A stretch of DNA of 64,000 nt from a virus: the IMG/VR virus record IMGVR_UViG_3300044535_002275, positions 64,001 through 128,000 of that record. One strand, given 5' to 3'. Of the stretch, positions 37,763-45,912 are shown one piece after another. The notes under the pieces were generated by a model. That model did no database searches, had not been told where the DNA came from, and was given only the letters and a program-made list of their open reading frames with translations. Every line of letters starts with the position of its first letter. Position 1 is the first letter of the stretch. Position numbers and translations under genes: made by a program.

Positions 37763-37777
37763 AACTACTCCTTAAAA

Positions 37778-38068
37778 TTATGTTACTTTTTGTTTGTTTT
37801 TAACGGCACTAAGCAATGTTGACGCACGTTTGAGGTCAAAGTTTTTGTGGCGGTACATGTAGGTTTTTTTACGTTCCGCTACTACTAGAGCTTGTGCCAA
37901 CATGTACTTCTCATTAAAATTTAGAGACCGCATCATGGCGTCTTGCATGTCCACGACATCTAGTGCATACTCCAGCCACTTCTCTGTTGCTTTAATGCTG
38001 TCGTAAGTGCTAAAGCCCGCAGACTTGTTGCTGGTGTTGTATTTGTTAATAAAGTTGCGAGCTTGCAT
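37778..38068 (-). CDS. Hypothetical protein (start MQARNF)
   Basis: AAGGAG Shine-Dalgarno; promoter TTGACC-17-TATAAT at 38127-38099 plus palindrome at 38134-38151. Confidence 0.65.
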   Translation of the reverse strand: MQARNFINKYNTSNKSAGFSTYDSIKATEKWLEYALDVVDMQDAMMRSLNFNEKYMLAQALVVAERKKTYMYRHKNFDLKRASTLLSAVKNKQKVT

Positions 38069-38156
38069 AATAAACTCCTTGTTGATTAACAAGCAAGTAT
38101 TATAGCACTCAGCGAGTTAGTGGTCAAATCAACCGTTGCGTAATTACAACAAGATG

Positions 38157-38230
38157 TGGCAGGCCCACAAGGGTTCGAACCTTGACTGACAGAATCAAAA
38201 TCTGTAGTGCTACCATTACACTATGGACCA
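38157..38230 (-). tRNA. tRNA-Gln(TTG)
   Basis: Cloverleaf, loop TTTTGAT, G73. Confidence 0.92.
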
Positions 38231-38236
38231 ACAAAA

Positions 38237-38311
38237 TGGCTCCCCAGGGTGGTTACGATCCACCGACCAAATGATTAACAGTCATCTACTCTACCGCTGA
38301 GCTACTGGGGA
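38237..38311 (-). tRNA. tRNA-Asn(GTT), non-canonical T-loop ATCGTAA
   Basis: Cloverleaf, loop CTGTTAA; promoter TTGACC-17-TATAAT at 38361-38333. Confidence 0.9.
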
Positions 38312-38362
38312 ATAAAACTTTACTATAACTCTATTATAACTAAAACTGCATTACCGGTCAAC

Positions 38363-38830
38363 CTACCGATAGTACTGATTGACATGCTGTTGTATTTTAT
38401 CGTGGCTGATTTTGTAGTGACCATGTCCGGGACTGCGTTGCCCACGCCCAGAAGCATCAAACCAGTTATCGTACGGAATTCCGAATCGATCAAAATTGAC
38501 ATCAACTGAATGATAAGCTCCTACAGTTATTGCATACACCGGTTTGACAGTGACCTGCTTTAATACTTGCTTCACTGCAACAGCGCCGGCACTAAAACCA
38601 TACAGCTCATATGGTTGATTTAACTGTTGAACAAAATCAACTGCCGCAGCAGATTCCTGCCAGTTGTACACCAGTGAACAGGCTGATTTTTGTTCAGCGT
38701 ACTGATCAAATGCTGCTTGATCAAACACACCGCCGGCACCACGGAATCCAACAACATACAGATTGCAGTCTACATCGGGTGTGACAGCCGGAGTAAAAAA
38801 CCATAAAAACACAGTGAGAAAAATATCCAT
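38363..38830 (-). CDS. Secreted alpha/beta-hydrolase-like protein
   Basis: YGFSAGA nucleophile elbow (GxSxG). Confidence 0.55.
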   Translation of the reverse strand: MDIFLTVFLWFFTPAVTPDVDCNLYVVGFRGAGGVFDQAAFDQYAEQKSACSLVYNWQESAAAVDFVQQLNQPYELYGFSAGAVAVKQVLKQVTVKPVYAITVGAYHSVDVNFDRFGIPYDNWFDASGRGQRSPGHGHYKISHDKIQQHVNQYYR

Positions 38831-38843
38831 GTGTTATTTAACT

Positions 38844-38920
38844 TGGCCGGTCCTGAGAGACTCGAACTCCCAACCTCCAGTTTCGAAGACTGGCACTCTA
38901 TCCAATTGAGTTAAGGACCG
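38844..38920 (-). tRNA. tRNA-Arg(TCG)
   Basis: Cloverleaf, loop CTTCGAA. Confidence 0.9.
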
Positions 38921-38925
38921 TGTTG

Positions 38926-39020
38926 TGGTAGTAGCGTAGAGATTCGAACTCTATCGTTGCAGCCCATCTGACCGCTCTCCCAGGTTTATAAAACCCGGCC
39001 GCATACCAATGCTCGCTACC
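38926..39020 (-). tRNA. Atypical 95-nt tRNA with anticodon TAT, long variable arm and 4-nt D-loop (amino-acid identity uncertain)
   Basis: GGTAGCG/CGCTACT-A-CCA; GCAT-TGGT-ATGC; CCGGGT-TTTATAA-ACCTGG; variable stem GCGGTC/GGCTGC; TAGAG-TTCGAAT-CTCTA. Confidence 0.8.
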
Positions 39021-39038
39021 GTTAATTAAATTGTGTTA

Positions 39039-39116
39039 TGGAGGACAGGGTCGGATTCAAACCGACGGTTGTAGAGATTTGCAGTCACTTGCCTTGGATC
39101 ACTCGGCCACCTGTCC
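39039..39116 (-). tRNA. tRNA-Cys(GCA)
   Basis: Loop CTGCAAA, U73. Confidence 0.9.
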
Positions 39117-39121
39117 ATATT

Positions 39122-39195
39122 TGGTGCTCCCAACAAGAATTGAACTTGTGATTCAGTCTTACCAAGACTGTGGTATACCACTTACCTATAGGAGC
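39122..39195 (-). tRNA. tRNA-Thr(GGT)
   Basis: Cloverleaf, loop TTGGTAA. Confidence 0.92.
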
Positions 39196-39244
39196 AAGAA
39201 AACCAAGGCGTACATTTCTGCAGAGGCCCTGGCCGTGTTTACTG

Positions 39245-39727
39245 CTATGCTGCTTGTTGCTGATTTAAAATTTCTTTTAAACGATCAGCACAGTAGGATG
39301 CAGCAAATGCCTGTGGTTTGACACGGGGAACTACATTACACATGCCACGTATGTAACCAATGGCTTCATTGACCACACAGCTGGATCCGTGCATTTCGTT
39401 GGGATTAATATCTAGGTGTACTTCTACTAGACGATCTTCTAGTACCTCATTTAATTTTAAATAAAGTTCAGCAATCTTGTACACTTCGTTCATAAGTCGC
39501 ATGCGTGGCTTGTCTTTCTTTTGATCCCAGTCACGTTCACGTTGTACTTCTCCAAAAATCTTACATCCGTTATTGCCATTGATATGCACCACAATGGCTA
39601 GGGTGTAATCAGCATACCAAGCACCGTTCAGTTGGAATCGTTCGCTGTCGCCACCGATGTAGATACGGGTAGCAGGACCTTGCGCAAGAACAAATTCCTT
39701 TACTTCTTCTATATTGATACTGCGCAT
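39245..39727 (-). CDS. RNase H-like YkuK-family protein
   Basis: IYIGGDS, RMRLMNEV, EVHLDIN, KPQAFAASYCAD motifs. Confidence 0.8.
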   Translation of the reverse strand: MRSINIEEVKEFVLAQGPATRIYIGGDSERFQLNGAWYADYTLAIVVHINGNNGCKIFGEVQRERDWDQKKDKPRMRLMNEVYKIAELYLKLNEVLEDRLVEVHLDINPNEMHGSSCVVNEAIGYIRGMCNVVPRVKPQAFAASYCADRLKEILNQQQAA

Positions 39728-39753
39728 GTAACACCTTTGTGGTTAAACTAATT

Positions 39754-39829
<76 letters not shown>

Positions 39830-39836
39830 ATAAACT

Positions 39837-39912
39837 TGGAGCGGCTAACCGGGTTCGAACCGATGACGTCTTGCTTGGCAAGCAAGTACTCTACCAACTG
39901 AGCTACAGCCGC
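39837..39912 (-). tRNA. tRNA-Gly(GCC)
   Basis: Cloverleaf, loop TTGCCAA, U73. Confidence 0.93.
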
Positions 39913-39955
39913 ATTAAATTATTTTACTACATAGCTGTGTATATAGTAACAAACT

Positions 39956-40029
39956 TGGTGGACCGTGAGAGAATCGAACTCTCAACTCCGGCTTGCAAAG
40001 CCAGTGTTATCCCATTTAACTAACAGCCC
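39956..40029 (-). tRNA. tRNA-Ala(TGC)
   Basis: G3-U70 pair, loop TTTGCAA. Confidence 0.93.
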
Positions 40030-40035
40030 ATAACT

Positions 40036-40111
40036 TGGTCTGAGTACAAGGATTTGAACCTTGGACGCCTGGTCCCAAACCAGGTATGTTACCAGACTAC
40101 ACTATACTCAG
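40036..40111 (-). tRNA. tRNA-Pro(TGG)
   Basis: C1-G72, loop TTTGGGA. Confidence 0.93.
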
Positions 40112-40119
40112 ATACGACT

Positions 40120-40193
40120 TGGTTCTCACGAGAAGAATTGAACTTCTGTCTATCGGTTATCAGCCGATTGCTCTACCATTGAGCTACATGAGA
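40120..40193 (-). tRNA. tRNA-Ile(GAT)
   Basis: Cloverleaf, loop CTGATAA. Confidence 0.92.
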
Positions 40194-40369
40194 ATAACTT
40201 TCAATTTATAAAGCACACTGACCTCAATGCGCTTTATAAATTGCACAGGCCTTCCCTGTGCTGCCTATTTTACTTTCGTTGTTACCGCCAACGATTTCAT
40301 CCAGGACTCCGCCCATTCGAACATGTTTAGCGTGGGCTCTGGGTTCTCGTTACCCATTCCACGTACTAC

Positions 40370-40452
40370 AAAAGCAAAAACCCCAGGGTTTTTAATCCTG
40401 GGGTCTTGGTTAAGAATATACGGACTGTGTATATGGTCTAACCAAGACCCCC
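40370..40452 (-). promoter_or_regulatory. Attenuator: mutually exclusive antiterminator and intrinsic terminator at the head of the tRNA array
   Basis: GGGGTCTTGGTTA(40451-40439)/TAACCAAGACCCC(40412-40400) overlaps terminator ACCCCAGG(40404-40397)/CCTGGGGT(40387-40380)+TTTTGCTTTT. Confidence 0.8.
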
Positions 40453-40578
40453 TGATGGCTCGCGATCGCTTGTAATCATCTCGACGGTTGCAAACCCGCA
40501 ATTTGACCAATAGGCTACTGTGCCTAGTTTGGGCTGTTGCGATATCTGCACGAAGTGATTAAGAGTGTTTATTTTCAT
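40438..40578 (-). CDS. Putative attenuator leader peptide (46 aa, contains all 20 amino acids)
   Basis: MKINTLNHFVQISQQPKLGTVAYWSNCGFATVEMITSDREPSGGLG*; ATG 9 nt after the -10 element; stop codon at the end of the antiterminator arm. Confidence 0.7.
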   Translation of the reverse strand: MKINTLNHFVQISQQPKLGTVAYWSNCGFATVEMITSDREPSGGLG

Positions 40579-40587
40579 ATTAAAGTA

Positions 40588-40616
40588 ATTGTACGTGTTT
40601 ATTTATACCTTGTCAA
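40588..40616 (-). promoter_or_regulatory. Dual early/late promoter of the tRNA leader
   Basis: TTGACA(40616-40611)-17-TACAAT(40593-40588) with TATAAATA (40607-40600) in the spacer. Confidence 0.85.
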
Positions 40617-40625
40617 CCAGTAATC

Positions 40626-40904
40626 CTACTTAGTCTGTTCAAATATTTTGCTGTATTTTCTCAATTTTTCTTCCTTGCGGAGCCAAGCACGTTGCAAACC
40701 TTCTTCGGATACTACACCGTCTTCGTGCAACAGTTCGATCATAAACATAACATCACCTATTTCCTGCTCTAAATGATCGCGGTGTAAGCGACCATCTGGG
40801 TGGCGGCTGTCAATACCAAATCTTCGGCACTTGCTGACTTCCTGTATCACTTCAGCACATTCCTCCTGAAGTATGTCTAAAATTTCTTGTATACGTTTAT
40901 TCAT
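40626..40904 (-). CDS. MazG-like nucleotide pyrophosphohydrolase
   Basis: EECAEVIQ...LEQEIGDV motif. Confidence 0.8.
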   Translation of the reverse strand: MNKRIQEILDILQEECAEVIQEVSKCRRFGIDSRHPDGRLHRDHLEQEIGDVMFMIELLHEDGVVSEEGLQRAWLRKEEKLRKYSKIFEQTK

Positions 40905-40942
40905 TTTTTATAATTTAAAAATTTTTCAATATTGCAGTAGCA

Positions 40943-41500
40943 TTATTTGCACATAAACCATGTGGGTTGCTTGCTGGCCCAATTATCGCCTGGTGCACAG
41001 TCGATAACATAAATGTCTCGTTGCTTACGTTCGGCAAAGATGTTTAAATTCTCAACCACTAGTGGCCAAGCAGTTTGATTATAATCATCACCGCTGAATA
41101 TACCACCGGGTTTTACTTTAGGCCACCAATCGTCAAAAGTCTGACCGTTTTCTTGTCCAGTATGTGCAAAGCCATCAATGTAAATCCAGTCAAAATAATT
41201 GTTCTCGAACACATTAACAACTTCGCTAAATTTCATCTTGATTATAGATGATCTATTTCTAAAAGGTATCAAATTTTGCATTGCGGCTTGGTAACGGCCG
41301 TCGTCTGGATCAAACATGTCTACAGTATAAAGATATTCTAAATCAGAATTTTCTAACACTTGCCGAGAAAAATCTCCCCCTGCTGTGCCCAATTCAATTC
41401 CTATACCTTGAGACTTCACCAGTTTAACAACATCGTGACGAGAACCAAATTTGTGAACAACTCCGTTCAATTCAAATTCTTTTACTGTGTGTATTTTCAT
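40943..41500 (-). CDS. Class I SAM-dependent methyltransferase (Methyltransf_24-like)
   Basis: IELGTAGG, FDWIYIDGFAH, KPGGIFSGDDY. Confidence 0.85.
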   Translation of the reverse strand: MKIHTVKEFELNGVVHKFGSRHDVVKLVKSQGIGIELGTAGGDFSRQVLENSDLEYLYTVDMFDPDDGRYQAAMQNLIPFRNRSSIIKMKFSEVVNVFENNYFDWIYIDGFAHTGQENGQTFDDWWPKVKPGGIFSGDDYNQTAWPLVVENLNIFAERKQRDIYVIDCAPGDNWASKQPTWFMCK

Positions 41501-41521
41501 AAGATTCTTATTTTAGAAATA

Positions 41522-41606
41522 TGGTGCGACGGGCCGGAATCGAACCGGCATGCTGTTAAGCGAGAGATTTTAAGTCTCTTGTGTCTACCTATTTCACCAC
41601 CATCGC
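41522..41606 (-). tRNA. tRNA-Leu(TAA)
   Basis: Variable arm, loop CTTAAAA. Confidence 0.93.
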
Positions 41607-41617
41607 ATTTTACTTTC

Positions 41618-41692
41618 TGGCCCGGCGTACAGGAATCGAACCCATATTCAGCGGGTAGAAGCCGCTTGTATTATCCATTATACTAACGCCAG
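41618..41692 (-). tRNA. tRNA-Arg(TCT)
   Basis: Cloverleaf, loop CTTCTAC. Confidence 0.9.
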
Positions 41693-41695
41693 TAT

Positions 41696-41772
41696 TGGTG
41701 CCCCCGGAGGGATTTGAACCCCCGACCAATCGATTATGAGTCGACTGCTACTGACCACTGAGCTACAGGGGC
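41696..41772 (-). tRNA. tRNA(CAT), probably Ile2 (lysidine type)
   Basis: GCCCCT acceptor and CGACTCATAATCG arm resemble proteobacterial Ile2. Confidence 0.85.
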
Positions 41773-41785
41773 GGAACTCTATTTA

Positions 41786-41965
41786 TTATACCGGAAACAC
41801 AGAACGGATCTGCACTTCGGTATTGTCACGCTCAAACATGGCTTTGATTTGCTTTTCAGCATAGTATCGCCCACCATCGCAAGTCACTGCCTGAGATCCT
41901 TCTGTTAATACTTCACCGCTGTTTTTACGATAAACAACATAATTGACATTAAATGTTTGGGACAC
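41786..41965 (-). CDS. Small hypothetical protein
   Basis: GTG start with AAGGA Shine-Dalgarno; promoter TTGACC-17-TACAAT at 42046-42018. Confidence 0.5.
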   Translation of the reverse strand: MSQTFNVNYVVYRKNSGEVLTEGSQAVTCDGGRYYAEKQIKAMFERDNTEVQIRSVFPV

Positions 41966-42035
41966 GATGTTTCCTTGATGTTTAATTACTGTTGATGTTG
42001 TCTACTACTGAAATACAATTGTAGTGCAATTGGTT

Positions 42036-42911
42036 TTACTGGTCAACTGGTTGTTTTAATCCGCGCCACCGATCCACTGCAGAATTACAGTTGATCCACC
42101 GTTCACCGTCCCAGCGTACAAATTCCACAGTGTCGTTGATGCTGCATTCGTACACACCCAAGTGTACCGGGTCACATGTTCCCGGCAACCACTCGGTGCG
42201 ATCGTCTTGGTCTATCACACGTTGCGCCCAAGTTTCTTCACCTTCTAACACATCCACTGCGTCGCTGCCCACACGGTAGATTTCGTAGTTGGCAGATTTA
42301 CCACGTGTGTCGTAAGCGTCGGCGCCGTCTAGATCTTCCCCGGCATACGAAACACTGTCCACAATGGGCCAACTGTTGTACACACTGTATCTGATCTGCA
42401 ATTGAGCAGGATCCCACGGTTGTGTCAGTTCAAATTCGGCACTGAAAAAGCAGCCTTTATCCACACTCTGTCCCACAAATACACAAGTACCAGACTCGAA
42501 ATCATCCAATTCGATATTTTCGAATTCTTCTAATTTGACGCCGTGGTTTTCCAAGTTCTCATGATCCAGTGTGGTGGAAAACAAAGTTTCCCCAGTCGAT
42601 TGATCCTCTACTGTGATCCAGCACAACCCACTCAACTCTATACCGTTGTTGTGCGCAATATCGTCGCAGTCGTGCCAGGCACCTCGAGCAAACGGTTGGT
42701 ACTTTTCTGGCACTGTCTCTGTTTCGTTGTCACTCCAGTCTGTGGCATATTCTTCCAGGTCGTCACAGCGATCTTGCCAGTATTCGTACACTGACTGAGA
42801 CACACGACCCATCACAATTTCACCGCCATAGCCGTGTAAAGTAATACAGATCTGTCTAGGTGTAAACTGCAATACCTTAATCAATTGATCTTGTTCTTGT
42901 GCCTTGGACAT
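42036..42911 (-). CDS. Acidic hypothetical protein
   Basis: 291-aa ORF. Confidence 0.65.
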   Translation of the reverse strand: MSKAQEQDQLIKVLQFTPRQICITLHGYGGEIVMGRVSQSVYEYWQDRCDDLEEYATDWSDNETETVPEKYQPFARGAWHDCDDIAHNNGIELSGLCWITVEDQSTGETLFSTTLDHENLENHGVKLEEFENIELDDFESGTCVFVGQSVDKGCFFSAEFELTQPWDPAQLQIRYSVYNSWPIVDSVSYAGEDLDGADAYDTRGKSANYEIYRVGSDAVDVLEGEETWAQRVIDQDDRTEWLPGTCDPVHLGVYECSINDTVEFVRWDGERWINCNSAVDRWRGLKQPVDQ

Positions 42912-42913
42912 GC

Positions 42914-43174
42914 CTAGTCCTTTTTAAGGTTGCGCATGATCTGATTCTGTTCCATTTCGTATACAGCACGACTAAAGCGATACCAAGCGATACCAGCATC
43001 AACTAAGGACATTGACACCCCGGTAATTAGCACATAAAAAGGCCAAGACCCAGGGCATCCGCTGACTAGCATGATTACAGCTAAGATTACAGTCACAAAT
43101 CCCCAAAAGCTCAAGCTCTTGTGACAATCTCGAAACTGCCAACGAATGAAACTCATATTTGTTTGTTTTTCCAT
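42914..43174 (-). CDS. Small membrane protein
   Basis: Two hydrophobic segments. Confidence 0.55.
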   Translation of the reverse strand: MEKQTNMSFIRWQFRDCHKSLSFWGFVTVILAVIMLVSGCPGSWPFYVLITGVSMSLVDAGIAWYRFSRAVYEMEQNQIMRNLKKD

Positions 43175-43362
43175 TATTCAACTCCAAAGTGTTGTTTAAG
43201 ATATGCTACATTGTCGCCCTGCTGTCTGGCAACATCAACGCACTCCTGTACAATGCGCTGTCCAAAACTGGCTAATTGTGCAGTATTAACTTCAGGATAG
43301 ATACTGCCGCCGGCTTCTAATGCAATACGATGCAGCACTTCTGTTAAATGACGATCACGCAT
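43174..43362 (-). CDS. Hypothetical protein
   Basis: AGGAG Shine-Dalgarno; promoter TTGACA-17-TATAAT at 43422-43394 plus palindrome at 43431-43448. Confidence 0.6.
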   Translation of the reverse strand: MRDRHLTEVLHRIALEAGGSIYPEVNTAQLASFGQRIVQECVDVARQQGDNVAYLKQHFGVE

Positions 43363-43448
43363 ATTGATCTCCTGATTTCTAATTTACACTACAATTATAC
43401 TGGATATTTTCTTATTTGTCAAGCAATTGCTGTAGCAAAAATGCAACA

Positions 43449-43787
43449 CTAACGCCAAGTTCTGTGACGTTCAGCAATCCATTCGTGTCCGTCGTATTCT
43501 TGTATAATCCAGTCAACATCAGCCGGTATTTCTATTATTTTAAGTTGAGAAAAATTATCTTCAGCACGTTCTCCCCATTCTTCAACTAATCGAACCAAAT
43601 AAGGATCGTCACGGTCGATGTCTTGATCAGTGAATTCGTCGTCGTCAATGCAGGCCATGCGTTTGTATTCTTCCAAGGCAGATTCGCTGAGACCGTACCC
43701 GCCAAAACAATCATTGATGACTATTTTGCGAATTCCCATAAGCTGCTGAATTAATCGATCTTTTTCTTCGGAGGTTGCCATTGACAT
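43449..43787 (-). CDS. Conserved phage-type hypothetical protein
   Basis: KIVINDCFGGYGLS, RDDPYLV, IQEYDGHEWIAERH. Confidence 0.7.
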   Translation of the reverse strand: MSMATSEEKDRLIQQLMGIRKIVINDCFGGYGLSESALEEYKRMACIDDDEFTDQDIDRDDPYLVRLVEEWGERAEDNFSQLKIIEIPADVDWIIQEYDGHEWIAERHRTWR

Positions 43788-45912
43788 GCAAATAAAAAAC
43801 TATCGCTTTTACGTTTAAAAACAAACGTAGTCGAGTCTGTGCTGAATTTAACACTCCATTCGCCAGATCTCAAATTCTGCCGGCACCAATCCATCATGGA
43901 GTCAATTTCATTATTGCTGTAGAGATCAAATGATATTTCTGTCATGACCATTTTAATAAAAAAGCAATGTATTCAGGTTCTAACATGTATACTTCTCCGG
44001 CTTGAGTACTTGCCATTACATATACATTTATGCCGTACCATTCAGCCATCCAAAGTTTAAATTGTTGACTGCCGACAGCAGCACTGGGGTCAATATGATT
44101 TTGCATACGACTGACTATGTCGTGCCAAAATTTGGGATACTGTTTGAGATTTACTCGTTTCATGACCACCGTAAAATAAACATTAGCAGCAATTCTTGAT
44201 TGTCAAAACCCACAGTCATGCCCATTTGAACAGCACCGGGATGGTCAGCACACCACGCATCTAACGCATCGGCATGATCTGTCCAGAAATAGATGTCGGT
44301 TAGTACTATCAAATGCGACACTGCATTGTCGTGCGCTATTGCAGATTCTACCACTATAAATCTTTGTTTTTTCCACTCAGAAAAAATGTCTTCTTGATAT
44401 TGATTAATTGTCATCCTGTATATATTCACTGTACTTTAACATAAAAAATGTTTTCTTTGCACTGTTGTACCAGTCCAAGTAAACACAACCTCGATAGTAG
44501 CCGAGATTGTCACGATTTTGAATCCAGTGAGCATGACGTCTAACAGTAAAGCCCAGTTCTCGTTGCATGACCGAGCGCATGATGATGTGGCTGGGAGGAT
44601 AGTCGCGTACCAAGCGTTCGCGAAGACGATTCCATTGTCCTGGGGTCAACTCAGTAGACTCTAACTCCAGCGAAGCTGAAACCATTCTGCGTCCTCGACT
44701 GTTTTAAATTCCCACCGCCAACTGCTGTTGCGGTACGCAATGCCAGTAGAATCTAACCATTGATTTATTTCGTTTTGTAATCGCCTGCCGCGCCACCAAT
44801 GGTCAACATCAGCCTGAACCACATTGACCACACAAGGCCATTCGTCTGGTGCCTCTAACACTGTCATGACGAATTTCATGCCCACCGCAATTGAAACAAC
44901 AAGGCCTGTTCGGCGTCTTCAAATTCTAACCAAGGATAAAATGTTTCCCTACGAACAGGAAACACTCCTTGCGTATATAGCCAGTAACTGAATTCGTCGT
45001 TGTTGAGGTTGTGATTTTCTATCCACCATTTGGCAGCATTGACCCAGTAAGGTTCAATAGGTAATTGTATCATAACCACTTCAATGTAAAAAATGCCGCA
45101 TCGCCGGAATTTTTAAACTCCCAGATACTATCCCTAATGCGCAGATTCCATTGATCACGGAACTCACCAAAGTGTTGCTCGCACCATTGAAACATAACGG
45201 GCATCTTTTTATAATCAACACCGGGCACATAAATTCTGACGATCACTTCCACCTCAATTGAAATAACACAACATCCTGATCGTCACCAAATTGATATTCA
45301 CACATCAGATCATTTGTAACAGAAAAGTCTGATACATCCTGTACCTCATAGGTAACAAAACTCTCGCAGTTTTCCTCAGCCCAGGCAGCGGCTGCTCGAA
45401 AATATTGTGATGCCACTCTTAGCGTCATTCCGGTATCGTTTAGTATGACGGTAATCATGACCACCTCAATATCCACGCAGTTGACTCGGGAGAATCGTTA
45501 AACTCTAATTGAAACCGTGGCATAAACGCCTGATCCAACCCCTCTTCCCATACAAATCGATAAGGTCCAGGGCATATCAGTCTAAACTGTTCCTCTATGC
45601 GTTCTCGTGTAATGTAGTCCCAAGGTTCAAACAGATACTGTTCGATGACTTCTGAGGCCATTTCAATATATTGCGGTGCGTCGCTCACGACCACCTCAAC
45701 GCAAACATAATGACAGTGTCTGGATCCACTAGATCAGTATCCAATTCAAATCTGACACGATGCTGCATTGGATTAATCTGCTGATAACTCATGCTCCATC
45801 CTTGCCCGCGTACATGATTACCGCCTGCATGCGGCAAGGCTTCGCCCACATTGTCCGTAAGCCATTGTACAATGGCACGAGCACGTTCAGTGTCCTGAGT
45901 ATCTACAATCAT
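43751..45912 (-). repeat. Tandem array of ten small paralogous ORFs, nine ending in (F/W)x(x)L(R/K)(W/Y)
   Basis: Track ORFs 43751, 43942, 44160, 44404, 44661, 44876, 45070, 45243, 45455, 45685 share the C-terminal motif and overlap head-to-tail. Confidence 0.75.

Noticed and set aside
40270-40310. Hammerhead-like CTGGATGA...stem...GAAA
   Set aside because: Core has an extra G (not CUGANGA), and I could not find stems I and III
40227-40510. Track ORFs 40227-40475 (+) and 40265-40510 (-)
   Set aside because: They cross the terminator and hairpins and lack a Shine-Dalgarno; the 46-aa ORF next to the promoter explains the region better
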